Shown here: piece by piece, positions 31,486 through 41,796 of the stretch
Layout: each line of letters opens with the position of its first letter
Position numbering within the stretch: position 1 is the stretch's first letter
Source of the DNA: Porphyridium purpureum
Taxonomy: Eukaryota
Length of the DNA stretch: 64,000 bases
NCBI GenBank assembly: GCA_008690995.1
Contig: VRMN01000005.1
Span: 248,001 to 312,000 of the forward strand
Direction of reading: 5' to 3'
Translations under genes and position numbers: made by a program
The notes under the pieces: model-generated
What the model saw: the letters and a program-made list of their open reading frames with translations, nothing else
Told to the model about the DNA's origin: nothing
The model's database searches: none

Positions 31486-34400
31486 ATGGAGTGTCAGAAC
31501 GCGGATGCGCCCGTGCCCGAGAAAAGCTACCCGCAGACGTGTGCTGGCGCGCTGGTGTCGCCGGCGCAGCGGGCCGCCCCGGCATGGGCAACGAAATTGT
31601 TGAAGGAAGTCGGCGCGTTCCGCGACGGTGGCGATGGCGGTGTGGAAGTGGAGCAGGTGCTCCAGGAAACGGCGCTGTGCGGTCGACCGGGTTTGACGCT
31701 CGAGTCGCGCATTTTGTTGGCCTCTAAACTGATAAGTTCCGGACGCGTTCAGCGTAGTGCGCAAATTACAAGCTCGGGTGCACATGTGGGCCTTGTGAGT
31801 GCCATGTACGATTCTTCTTTGAGCTCGCAAGAGCACGCGGCGGTCGCACAGGCTTTACGTTTCCTTGTAATCATGCAGCCAGTCTATCTGCACGACATCG
31901 CTCGAATGGAGCCGCAAGCTGGTCAGCAGCGCCAGGAAGAGAATTCAGCGCCCGTCACCGCATCGCAACAGCCGCAATGTCCTGTAAATGGTCCAATGCG
32001 TGAATTTTCTCCTGCGGACATGGATACGGCGCGCTTCCATAGCACTGGATACCACGGATTTGACTCCATGATGGCTTGTGGTCTGGTTGATGCGCTGCTT
32101 GTGCGCTTGGCTGTATTTACGGATTTCATGGATGAAATGCTGTCCGCAGATGTCCGGAGGAGTCAGGAACTAGAGGAACTACGCCAAGGGTACTGCGAAG
32201 TTTCCAAGGCGCTTTGTGCGATACTACTGAGTTCACAGCAGGCGCGCGATGGCCTCCTTGAATCCAAGGCAAGGAATGGCGTTGCGCTACTCGCTCGCGC
32301 AGCGCTGTTTGACGAGCAAACTTTCAAAGGTCAGCGGAGATCCGAGTACCGCTCCAGGTTCTCGACGCTTGAGCGCAATGATATGGCGTTTGCTTCTGCC
32401 GCCGCGCTGACTGATGTTGTAGTGGCTGGAAGTCCAACACATTCAGTTTCCATTATTGAATCTTCGCGGACGCTCGACGTCTTTAATCGGATCCTATGCG
32501 ATCCTTCGCGAGAGTACGCGGTGAATCAGCTGAAATTGTGGGTGCTGAATGCGTTCAGCGTACTGTGTGCGCGCAATCGCGCGCGACGGCTGGTGAAAGA
32601 GCATGGCTGCGATGATATGCTCAAGTACGCGTCACGCTATGCATCGAAAAGTGGCGACTACGACGTAGCTGCACGCGCGGGACTCGTCGCTGGCCGCGTC
32701 ACGGGTCACTCAGTGGACTCATTCGGGTTTCTTGTGCCGTTGCCTCCGTCACATCTATCCGATACCAACATAGACGCAGAGGATTTGACATGGCAGGCTA
32801 GTGCGGAGCAGCACGAGGTGAGTGCGACAGTGAGACGGATCGCGCTTCATCGCATCATTCCTGATGGCTTTGGTATGAGCGCTGTATCATCAAACTCGCC
32901 CAACGCCTTTTCAGGCGCCATAAGTGCAGATAGGACGAGCCGGATGTGGTCACCCAGTATCCAAGCGCAGTCACCATCGCACGTGGATGCGCAACAGCAT
33001 ACTCCGCTCGGGCGTGACGACTCAGATCGTTCTGGTCGCGTTGGCTCTCTGGCGAATCTAGACATATCCCAGATTGTAGCGTTTCGCCGTTCTGATGTTG
33101 GCGGCGCAGCGGGTGGAGCCGTAGATACGGACACCTGTGCACCTATGACACCCCCAAGGGTCGCACGTTCCGTCGAAAGCGCGACGACGCCCGAGTCTCC
33201 AAGGGGCCCGTGGTCTCCATTGAAAGGACTGAATCTGAAGTGCCTACCGCCTGTGCGTGCGGGCGCAGCAGCAGGCGCTGCCTCGCCACGACAGCCGCCC
33301 ACACCGCCACCACCTCCGCCCTTGCCAGCTCCAGTGAATGCTTTCGCCCAGCAGCGTGAGGTTAGTCTCGGTCAGACTCGGCGTCGCGCCGCAGGCATCT
33401 ATTCGGACGAAGACGGAAACGAACTTCAGACTCGCGAGTCCGCGGCCCCCGCTTTCGTGCAGTTTGTCAATGCCTTTGGGCAGTTGGTTGAAGCAGAAGA
33501 CGCGAACAAAGAATCACTCAAACAGACTACATGCTCACTATCCATCTCGAAGGGGCAGGGAGAGCAAAGCGTAAGGGCTGGTGCGGGAGCGCATCAAGTC
33601 GTGTGTGGCTTGGTAGGATCGAGACCGTCAACAGCAGTGACGGGTCTGTCATGGCAGCACGGCGAAGGCACTGGCGGTACCGCACGAAAGGACGCCAAAT
33701 TTTGGAACAAGACGATCGAGCGCAACAAGAAAAAGGACTTTCCGTCGTCGATGCTACGTGCCTCGTGGTGGTATTGGAACAGTCTGCAAGCGCGAAATCC
33801 ACACGGCAAGCTTCACAACGTGAAAAATTTGCGGAAAACAGAAGTGCCGCGAGGATTACGTGCAGCTGTCTGGGAATTGCTGCTCAACGTCGATCATTAT
33901 CTTGAATTGGGCTTGTACGGCGACTTTGATCACTTGAAGTGTGCTACACTGACAGACGAGAGCAAACACGCAATCGAAGCAGATATCACGCGGACCATGC
34001 CACTGCACTGTCTCTTTTGGTACGGCGGCGCACGGCTTGGGGTCAACGCGTTGCGTAACATTTTGACGGCCTACGCGGCATACGAGCCCGATGTGGGCTA
34101 TTGCCAAGGGATGTCAAGCCTTGCGGCCATTGTACTGATTCACAGCGGCTCCGAACGTCGCGCATACGTCATGTTCGCCGAACTTATGCGCTCCTTGGGC
34201 TTCAGTGAGCTCTTCAAGCCTGGCTTCCCTGGCTTGGCAAAGTGTCTCAAGGAACTGGAAGTGTGTGTAGAATTTTTCCTGCCCAAGCTGAATGCGCATT
34301 TGCAGAACATCGGCGTGTCCATCTCAACGTTCGCAGACAAGTGGTACTTCACAGCGTTGGCGTATAATTTTCCGCACCGTCTGCTCTTTCGCCTGTGGGA

Positions 34401-34674
34401 CACGATGCTTTTGGAGAAGAGCATGAAAGTCATCACACGCGCAGCGCTGGCTGTGCTAAAGCTGTCATCTGCTCGTCTGATGGACATGGAGTTTGAAGAT
34501 GCCTTGGTTTATTTACAGAGGGACTTTGCACATCCAGACAGCGGTGTCCTATCGGACACTGATGAGTTCATCAAAGCGGCGTACTCTTTTCGGTTCCGTC
34601 GCCGTGATGTTGAACTTTCCCTCAACTTGAGAAAGGGCCTGGGGATTAAGCCCGATCACAAGCCTCATCGGTAA
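31486..34674 (+). CDS. Rab-GAP TBC domain protein with N-terminal ARM-like region; start uncertain
   Basis: VPRGLRAAVW, IEADITRT (Arg finger), VGYCQGM (Gln finger) and FRLWD. The first in-frame ATG is at 31486. Confidence 0.9.
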   Translation: MECQNADAPVPEKSYPQTCAGALVSPAQRAAPAWATKLLKEVGAFRDGGDGGVEVEQVLQETALCGRPGLTLESRILLASKLISSGRVQRSAQITSSGAHVGLVSAMYDSSLSSQEHAAVAQALRFLVIMQPVYLHDIARMEPQAGQQRQEENSAPVTASQQPQCPVNGPMREFSPADMDTARFHSTGYHGFDSMMACGLVDALLVRLAVFTDFMDEMLSADVRRSQELEELRQGYCEVSKALCAILLSSQQARDGLLESKARNGVALLARAALFDEQTFKGQRRSEYRSRFSTLERNDMAFASAAALTDVVVAGSPTHSVSIIESSRTLDVFNRILCDPSREYAVNQLKLWVLNAFSVLCARNRARRLVKEHGCDDMLKYASRYASKSGDYDVAARAGLVAGRVTGHSVDSFGFLVPLPPSHLSDTNIDAEDLTWQASAEQHEVSATVRRIALHRIIPDGFGMSAVSSNSPNAFSGAISADRTSRMWSPSIQAQSPSHVDAQQHTPLGRDDSDRSGRVGSLANLDISQIVAFRRSDVGGAAGGAVDTDTCAPMTPPRVARSVESATTPESPRGPWSPLKGLNLKCLPPVRAGAAAGAASPRQPPTPPPPPPLPAPVNAFAQQREVSLGQTRRRAAGIYSDEDGNELQTRESAAPAFVQFVNAFGQLVEAEDANKESLKQTTCSLSISKGQGEQSVRAGAGAHQVVCGLVGSRPSTAVTGLSWQHGEGTGGTARKDAKFWNKTIERNKKKDFPSSMLRASWWYWNSLQARNPHGKLHNVKNLRKTEVPRGLRAAVWELLLNVDHYLELGLYGDFDHLKCATLTDESKHAIEADITRTMPLHCLFWYGGARLGVNALRNILTAYAAYEPDVGYCQGMSSLAAIVLIHSGSERRAYVMFAELMRSLGFSELFKPGFPGLAKCLKELEVCVEFFLPKLNAHLQNIGVSISTFADKWYFTALAYNFPHRLLFRLWDTMLLEKSMKVITRAALAVLKLSSARLMDMEFEDALVYLQRDFAHPDSGVLSDTDEFIKAAYSFRFRRRDVELSLNLRKGLGIKPDHKPHR

Positions 34675-34693
34675 GCATTTCTATGTAATTCAC

Positions 34694-37600
34694 TTATTGA
34701 CTGGTCAAAAATGCGGAAAGACTTTTCCTTTCTTCAGCACTTGCCGCTTCCACGAGACGGGCAATCTCGACATGCTCAATGCGATTTCCAGCAGGGGATA
34801 CAGGTCCACGAATAAGGATCTGCACGATCGCGCCGGGTGCGTAGCCATCCTGGGCGTGCTTTGCCAGTCTTGCTTTACCCTTGTTGTCGGCCTCGAGCGT
34901 CCGCCCAGCGAGCACACCAAACAAGCGCATGCCAAGCCTTGGAACAGAAACCTCAAAGCCGGCGATGCGCTTGCTCATTCCGACACGGTCAACAATCCCG
35001 TCGGCGTTCTCGAACATGGCGAGTAGGCCATAATTTTCTCCGCGATCGGCAATTTCCGCCAGTGACCATGTCTTGTATCTGATGATCGTACCCAAGTACG
35101 TAAGACCCGGAGCGCCGTTTTCGGAAGCCCTTTGCTTTTTGCTCAAGTCCCCCAATAAGCCAAGCAAACTACGTCTTACCATTTCGAGAGTCCAGTACCG
35201 CGTGCTGCAGTTCACAATCATGCGCATTTCTCTCACCGCATCTGTGTGTAATTCCTTCTGAATTGTCAGAAACGGCAAGAACTTGTCAGCCTTTCTAGGC
35301 AAGGTCGAATCGCTCCCGCTGTGACCACGAGCATAAATGTCTTGTAGCGAGCTCGCGTGCAGCCACTGTAAACAGCGGAACTGTGCATGCCTGAGATACG
35401 CAGCACGGCGCGAAGCACGCACAGTCCGATGCAAGGCGTCCAAGGTCGCGTCCACATCTGTCGCGGCGCAGCGCAGACCGGCCTTCACGTAACTCTGGCC
35501 AAGATGTGCATCCAGTATACTTGTTGAGTCATCTTCGCGCCCGCTCAGAGAGCCAGCATGCTTTTCCTCACCCTCAAGGCAGAGTTGTATCCTTTGAAGA
35601 TGGACCTTTAGCACCAAGTGGGCAACGAGGTCAAGTGATCTCCGGATGGGAGAGCTCGCTTGTACGTATGCAGACACATTGAGCGAATGATGGGGCATCG
35701 GGTTTCCGAACTCAATCGATGCGGGCACCAGAGATGATATAAAGCGTTCAAATTGGAGTTCATCGTTGGGCGTCTGTTCAATGAATTTCTCCTTATCCTC
35801 GGGAAGCATGACCTGCGATCGAAATGGAAGCATGAGCCGTCGTGCTCTGCCGTAGTAGCCCAGGGCCACTCCGCACGCAATCATGTACTCCTTGACCACA
35901 CGCTGAATGCCCACGTCGTCACGATCCGGTACAGAGACCAATGAAGAGCAGTCACAATCAATATCCAATGCAAGGCTCAAGCTTTTGACTTTTTCTGCCT
36001 TCTCATCATCTTCGCCGTCACCATCACTGCCGTCACATTCTGGAGTTTTGAAATGACGTTGAGCAAGCCTTTGGGATACCTGCATTGCGTGTGGACAGAA
36101 CGGCAGGGGGGGTGAAACGATCATGGTGCGTCGATATCCGTTACGCTCTGGCACGAACGTGATTTTGTTTCCTTTCTTCAGAGACTGGCGCGCATGAGCC
36201 ATGACTGCTGCAAATTTGCTTAGCAGTGCAAGCTCACAACTGTCATTTCTTGGAAGCGGCTCCAACTCCTCGTCGAGGCGTTCAAAGGATAAGCGCTCCA
36301 CCGCAATCACGCTTTCGCAAACAACAACGGAACGCGAATCCAAGTGCCCGGAATCCGTCAGGGAAAAGCCAATACTCACTGCAAAGGCAGTACTATCTCC
36401 TTTCAGATTCGCATCCAATGAGAAAATATTTCTGCCGATGCCTCCACTGAACATGTCCACTCTTTCTGCACTTGTTGGACCATACAGCGACACGCCGCGA
36501 TGTAGCGCTTGAGACAAAAGCTCATCCGTGTCTTTCAAACAGTCGGCATGTTCCCAGCGAGACGTCACCAGTCCGCCGTCTGGCAGTGTCTCGGCCTCCT
36601 TCTCCGCATCTTCCATGCTGTCTTCAGCTTGCGCATGTTTGCTAAAATCGTGAAAGGATTGGGTCAAACGATCTGCAAGTGAGTCAACGATGTTTAGCGC
36701 TTGCGATTCGACTATCGCACTGAGTTGACGTCCAGTCGGCCCGCAGGAGGCAAGCAAAAGGTATTCCAAAGGATCTGCGATGTGAATCCACAGTCTTTTG
36801 ACGCGCAAACCATGTGCCGTCGCCCCTGGACTCACGTCACGACGCGGCTGATTGCATTCTCGAATCATAGCCTGGTCAAACGCAAACCAGTACCGTGAAT
36901 TGTGATCTTGTGTACATGCTTTCTCTTCTGATGAGCTTGTGGAAGCCCGGGCACAATGTTCAACGACCAAGTCATCGATTGGCTCACCGACATACGGCTC
37001 ATATTCGATCGAGATGGCATCGTCCACTTCAGTGGTCTCCTTTGAGTCAATAGCGAAAGCGCGCATAAAGCGAAAGTCCGCTCGCTTGGAGATTGCCTCC
37101 TGTGTGCTTGCATTCTCGTCTCGAATCAAGTCACGTACTTTTTCTTCAATGCGTACACTCGCGCAACTGCTGTTTTCACCAGAATTTTCCTGTGCGCGCC
37201 CAAACCGCTCAGACATTTTGAGAACTATATTCTCGCGGGGCCGAAGTAGCCCCGTCGTAATGCAAAAGCAATATGCTCCAAGAGAGGTGGCGGCAATGCC
37301 GCGCACCGCAAGGTACAAGCGAGCGAGTAGAAGATGCCGGATATCGTCGAGCTCGGGTGGTCCACAAAAATCAGTTACTCTGCGCTCAATTGCAAGCACG
37401 CCTTGTACTCTGGACACAAAAGCGTATCCAGTCCAACCTGGCGGCCTGCATAGAGCAGCAAGCTTCAGGAGAGCTGTGTCCAGTTCCCTCTTGTCGTGAA
37501 ATGCTGCCGCCGAGTGCGCTTTCAAAAGCACACCTTTTTCAACTTTAGATCGGACCATGCTCACTGTGAGGTCTGCCTCGCGTGAAAAGACAAGCAAAGC

Positions 37601-38422
37601 CGAGGCAAAGATGTTGGTCTGGCGCGCCAGTGCGTCTAGCTCTCTCGGAGCAGGTACAGATCCTTCTACAGAATCCGCCGATACTTGCGCAGCGTGAAAC
37701 CATGAATGATACGCGTAGACGAGGATGTCAAGGGCAACAGAGTCCGACTCAGCGCTGGCGGCCGACATGATAGCCTTCTCCTCAAGCGTGAGACACAGGT
37801 CGAGCATGGAATGCCAGGTTGTGCGGCTACTCTGCACCACCACTTCTGCGGCGCAACTCAGGGCGGCATCTATCGCAAAGTATTCCTTGGATAGTAAAGA
37901 CTTTGTGCTTGATGTCTCTGAAATTGATTTTCTGTACGCGGAGCCGTCATTCGCGGACGGAAGCCGGAACTTCGCTTGGAGACTGGATTGACGCACTTCT
38001 TGTGCGCCATTTTGCACCGCAGCGCGTTCTCCACTGTTCATTCCTACGTCATCTTTGTACATTGATGCACCTTCTTGAGGATGAGCATGATTGACGCCCA
38101 GAAAGTCGGCCACGCTGAAGCGGTGAGTAGGTGGCGGTGCATGGCCGCCCGCCTTGGCGTTCGCCAACCGTGCTTCTCTTCTTGGCCAGACAAATCTGAC
38201 GCAGTCCAGATCGACATTCATCACAGTCTTCCAGGCTCGATCTTCGCGCCGGAAAACAGCCATCCTGAAATGTCTCTCTTGCTGTGGCGGGGGTACGACG
38301 ACGCTCATTACCACCCCGACTACGTACGCATCGCGAACGCGCGCCATCACGACACAGCCCGGCTCCACCACCTCGGCCACGCTCGACGCGACATCCGAGC
38401 GGCATGACGCGCACGCGTGCAT
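34694..38422 (-). CDS. RNase II / RNB-family exoribonuclease with large insertions; start uncertain
   Basis: AFAIDSKETTEVDDAIS, WIHIADP, RGVSLY, VKEYMI and HHSLNVSAYVQASSPIRR..DL. The ORF runs to 38782, but that part overlaps the next gene, so ATG 38422 is preferred. Confidence 0.88.
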   Translation of the reverse strand: MHACASCRSDVASSVAEVVEPGCVVMARVRDAYVVGVVMSVVVPPPQQERHFRMAVFRREDRAWKTVMNVDLDCVRFVWPRREARLANAKAGGHAPPPTHRFSVADFLGVNHAHPQEGASMYKDDVGMNSGERAAVQNGAQEVRQSSLQAKFRLPSANDGSAYRKSISETSSTKSLLSKEYFAIDAALSCAAEVVVQSSRTTWHSMLDLCLTLEEKAIMSAASAESDSVALDILVYAYHSWFHAAQVSADSVEGSVPAPRELDALARQTNIFASALLVFSREADLTVSMVRSKVEKGVLLKAHSAAAFHDKRELDTALLKLAALCRPPGWTGYAFVSRVQGVLAIERRVTDFCGPPELDDIRHLLLARLYLAVRGIAATSLGAYCFCITTGLLRPRENIVLKMSERFGRAQENSGENSSCASVRIEEKVRDLIRDENASTQEAISKRADFRFMRAFAIDSKETTEVDDAISIEYEPYVGEPIDDLVVEHCARASTSSSEEKACTQDHNSRYWFAFDQAMIRECNQPRRDVSPGATAHGLRVKRLWIHIADPLEYLLLASCGPTGRQLSAIVESQALNIVDSLADRLTQSFHDFSKHAQAEDSMEDAEKEAETLPDGGLVTSRWEHADCLKDTDELLSQALHRGVSLYGPTSAERVDMFSGGIGRNIFSLDANLKGDSTAFAVSIGFSLTDSGHLDSRSVVVCESVIAVERLSFERLDEELEPLPRNDSCELALLSKFAAVMAHARQSLKKGNKITFVPERNGYRRTMIVSPPLPFCPHAMQVSQRLAQRHFKTPECDGSDGDGEDDEKAEKVKSLSLALDIDCDCSSLVSVPDRDDVGIQRVVKEYMIACGVALGYYGRARRLMLPFRSQVMLPEDKEKFIEQTPNDELQFERFISSLVPASIEFGNPMPHHSLNVSAYVQASSPIRRSLDLVAHLVLKVHLQRIQLCLEGEEKHAGSLSGREDDSTSILDAHLGQSYVKAGLRCAATDVDATLDALHRTVRASRRAAYLRHAQFRCLQWLHASSLQDIYARGHSGSDSTLPRKADKFLPFLTIQKELHTDAVREMRMIVNCSTRYWTLEMVRRSLLGLLGDLSKKQRASENGAPGLTYLGTIIRYKTWSLAEIADRGENYGLLAMFENADGIVDRVGMSKRIAGFEVSVPRLGMRLFGVLAGRTLEADNKGKARLAKHAQDGYAPGAIVQILIRGPVSPAGNRIEHVEIARLVEAASAEERKSLSAFLTSQ

Positions 38423-38579
38423 GCTGTCTGTTTCACTATACTGCACAGCGCCCAGCACGTCGTGCTGATTATCCCCCCTTTGTTTACCTTGTTCGATCTC
38501 ATTCCTTCCAACAGCATCGCGCGTGCGAGTCGATCGAGGGCACGCGCTTTGTGCACAAGGATCGTGACGACGGCACGCA

Positions 38580-39731
38580 ATGGCGACGGCATTTGTGCAA
38601 GGGCATGGGATTGGTGCGCTGAACGTCAGCGCACCTGCGGTCTGGCCGCGTGCCTGCTCGCCGTGCGGAGGAATGCGAGTCGCTCGAGCGCGGCGGCCGC
38701 GGCGCGTTGCAAAGCCTGTCAACATGGCGATTGATCCGTGGAGTATTTCGAGCGACGCTGTGGATAAACTGGCAGCAGGCATTTTCCCGCTGTCGCTCGC
38801 ACCTTACCTGACGTTCTTGTACTTTATTGGAAAAGATCGCGCTAGCTGCCCGCAGACGGCGAGGCGGGGGTTCCAGTTTCTGCTAGTGTTCGTTGCCGTC
38901 ACCATTCCGGCCGGCATCACCGCAAAAGTGGTATACAATGATATTCTTGCGAACGTGGATTGGCTGCATGGAAGCGCAGAGTCTTTTTTGGTGGTCACCA
39001 ACGTCATCGTTGCAGAAGGCTTTCGTCGCGCACTGACGGCGAACCAGAACAAACAGCAGCGCGAGTCTGAGAACGTGGCCTCGGTCATGGGCACCAAATT
39101 GCAAAAAGCGGTCATCCCTCTGGGCTTGAGCGCTTTGTTTTTGGCGTCCTTTGGCATTGGACCTGAGCATGGACATCTGGAGCCGGTCAATGCGCTAAGC
39201 TTTCCGACGTGGATGATTCACGTGAGTTCTTTGCTCGAATGGCTCGCAGCCATGGCCTATGTGTGGAACTATGCTGAGCAGGCCGATAACATCCGGTATC
39301 GAGGACTCACTTGGGCGATGGTACCCTTGCACACCAGCGGAATCCTTGCATGCACGTACCACTTTTTCTACAATGACAAGAGCGTGGGCCTTTTGGTAGT
39401 ATTCCAGGCGCTTTTGACGCTCATCGGGAACACAACGCTTGCGTTTGCCGCGTACCGGATTGCGAACGACCCCAAGCCTTTTGCGGAGGATGAAAAGGGA
39501 TCGGCGTCCTTTGCCGAGCTTGACGCAAGCACCTTTTGGATCTCGAACCTTATTGCGACATTTGTTCTTTCCGCTGTCATCAAGTACGGCGAGCTATACA
39601 CGGACTTGGCGTTCGACTTTCGCTCCGTTCCGGTCGCGATGGGGCTCGTCGGCATGTTGACTGCCGTCAATTGTGCCAAATGGCTGTCAAGGAGCGGGTC
39701 GCTGCCCAAGCAAGTGGCCGACTGGTTGTAA
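38580..39731 (+). CDS. Plastid membrane protein, DUF3593 + DUF2499 (Ycf49-like) fusion
   Basis: MATAFV transit peptide. DUF3593-like: FPLSLAPYLTFLYF, FVAVTIPAGI, LANVDWLHGSAE. Ycf49-like: NALSFPTWMIHVSSLLEW, CTYHFFYN. Confidence 0.88.
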   Translation: MATAFVQGHGIGALNVSAPAVWPRACSPCGGMRVARARRPRRVAKPVNMAIDPWSISSDAVDKLAAGIFPLSLAPYLTFLYFIGKDRASCPQTARRGFQFLLVFVAVTIPAGITAKVVYNDILANVDWLHGSAESFLVVTNVIVAEGFRRALTANQNKQQRESENVASVMGTKLQKAVIPLGLSALFLASFGIGPEHGHLEPVNALSFPTWMIHVSSLLEWLAAMAYVWNYAEQADNIRYRGLTWAMVPLHTSGILACTYHFFYNDKSVGLLVVFQALLTLIGNTTLAFAAYRIANDPKPFAEDEKGSASFAELDASTFWISNLIATFVLSAVIKYGELYTDLAFDFRSVPVAMGLVGMLTAVNCAKWLSRSGSLPKQVADWL

Positions 39732-40018
39732 TTTGTAGAACGGGTCCTGAGCAGCGCAGAGCACGTGCAGATGAATAAATAGGTACAGTGTCCTGGGTTT
39801 CGCATACCGCCGGTTCCCCGGCGACGTGGAAGAATTATTCGAGCGCAGTACCGGGTTTGAGCGAGCCGCCACGTGCAAAGGCTCGAGCGATCTGCTGCCT
39901 AGCCGGACCGCTGGCCCGTCGTGCACGCTGGTCGGTCGGGTTTCGCACTCGCTTGCTCTTCTTGCTGTCTCTCCTGACCTTCGGAAGGCTAGGTGCGGGA
40001 GGTGTTTCTCGGGCTGCG

Positions 40019-40468
40019 ATGGAAAATAGTTTGGAACTTGTGAAACTCTTGAACGTGATTCAGCAGCTGAACGAGAACTGTGCATTTGTCAAGGAGGTGA
40101 ATGGGTACGAGATCCTGTCGTTTACCAAGAGCGAGTGCGACGAGATTATGATCGAGATGGAGGCGCTGGAATCGCATTGTCGTGGTGGCAACGAGACCGG
40201 CTTCAGCTCGAGCGTCAGCGAAGACGCGGCGCGAACCGCACTGCAGACCGAGGCCGGGGATCTTGTGTTCAACGCGCTCTTGCTGTGTCACATTCTCGCC
40301 AGAGACTACTCGATTGACCTGAACGCAGCCATCCAATCTGTACGCGAAAAGGTGACCCGGCGCAGCCCACATGTCTTCCCGCGGACCGAGGGCGGCGAGG
40401 TAGAGCCTGCTTCTACCCGGGCAGAAGCTGAGGCCATCTGGCAGCGCGAGAAGGCCAAGGAACACTAG
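40019..40468 (+). CDS. mazG: Single-domain MazG-type NTP pyrophosphohydrolase
   Basis: SECDEI, EAGDLVFN, EKVTRRSPHVF and AIWQREKAKE. First ATG at 40019. Confidence 0.85.
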   Translation: MENSLELVKLLNVIQQLNENCAFVKEVNGYEILSFTKSECDEIMIEMEALESHCRGGNETGFSSSVSEDAARTALQTEAGDLVFNALLLCHILARDYSIDLNAAIQSVREKVTRRSPHVFPRTEGGEVEPASTRAEAEAIWQREKAKEH

Positions 40469-40878
40469 CGCGCGAAGCAAACTAGCGCCAAGTTCCCCAC
40501 AGGCCAAAGCACAACGCGATCCTGGCTGGACTGTACTTGAGGTACACCTCCTGCCGTGACGCATTCTGGAAGCGTCTGGAGTACAGTGTGTAAAGTACAG
40601 TCCGTAAACGGTTTATTCTTTTGAGCCGCTTGACGAGTCGGGCGCGTTTGGGTCCAACGCGATAGCAGCAAGGCAAAATCTGGGTGGCGCACCTGGGTGC
40701 GCGTGGTATAAAGTGTCGTGGCAGCTGCGAACTGCTGGGTGGGGATGTGTGAGTGATATGACCATTGTGCCCGACTAGACAGAAGAGCAGAGAGCAGCAA
40801 AGTCCTCGTGCAAAAGTTGTGTGGACCTGTGAACGTGGCGTGTGGAAAATGCAAGTGGCACTGCGTGCAGAGGAGAAA

Positions 40879-41796
40879 ATGGCGTTTGTAGGGTCGGTTG
40901 GCGTGCGCTCGGCATGGTCGCACACGCAGACCGCGCACGCCTCGCTGTGCCGCGCACATGCGCAGAAGGCAAGTGCGTTCCTGGGAGCAGCGCCTCGGGT
41001 TCAGAGTATGCGCGTCCGCGCGACGCGCCGCCAGCACGCTCAGCCGCAGATGAACTTGTTCGACCGCTTCTTCCGCGTCGTGCGTTCCGTGCTCAACCGT
41101 GTCGTCGGCAATTTCGAGGACCCAGAGAAGATTATTATTCAAACCATGACCGACATGCAGAATGATCTGGTCAAGGTGCGCCAGGTGTACGCGCAGGTCG
41201 CAGCGGCTGCGAAGCGCACCGAGAGGGAGCTCGACCAATCTCAGAGTATTTCGGATGGATGGAAACGGCGCGCAGAGATTGCGCTGCGCAGTGGAGATGA
41301 GTTGCTTGCACGTGAGGCGCTCATTCGTAAGAATCAGGCAGACATTAAGGTCAAAACGGTGCGCGCACAGTTGGAGACGCTGAACAAGAATATACAGAAT
41401 CTCCAGGGTTCTATCATGGAAATCGAGTCCAAGATGAGCGAAGCCCAGAACATGAAGCATGAACTCATTGCCAGAGCTCAGGCCGCCAAGACGACCACGC
41501 GCATCAACTCGATGCTGAATTCAGTGTCAGACTCGTCTGGTCTGGCGGCGTTTGAGCGCATGAGGGAAAAGGTGGAGACGCTCGAGGCAGAAAGTGAGGT
41601 CACCAGAGCTGCGTCGCTTTCGGCCACACCCAGTATCGAGGCGCGCTTTCGTGAACTGGAAGGCGCAAGCTCGGTGGACGAGGAGCTACGCCGTATGAAG
41701 GAGGAAATGAACCCGAAGATGATTTCGATGGGCACGCTTGACTCGCAACGTGACTTGGACCTCATCCGGCTTCAAGTTAAGCGCGACTCGTTCTGA
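40879..41796 (+). CDS. VIPP1: VIPP1/IM30 (PspA family), plastid-targeted
   Basis: MAFVGS transit peptide, MNLFDRFFRVVRS..FEDPEKI, GDELLAREAL, ARAQAAKT, AFERMREKV and VDEEL. Confidence 0.95.
   Translation: MAFVGSVGVRSAWSHTQTAHASLCRAHAQKASAFLGAAPRVQSMRVRATRRQHAQPQMNLFDRFFRVVRSVLNRVVGNFEDPEKIIIQTMTDMQNDLVKVRQVYAQVAAAAKRTERELDQSQSISDGWKRRAEIALRSGDELLAREALIRKNQADIKVKTVRAQLETLNKNIQNLQGSIMEIESKMSEAQNMKHELIARAQAAKTTTRINSMLNSVSDSSGLAAFERMREKVETLEAESEVTRAASLSATPSIEARFRELEGASSVDEELRRMKEEMNPKMISMGTLDSQRDLDLIRLQVKRDSF

Noticed and set aside
38423..38782. N-terminal extension of the RNB ORF overlapping the ycf49-like gene
   Set aside because: Largely antisense to the neighbour's transit-peptide coding region; a downstream ATG is more parsimonious.
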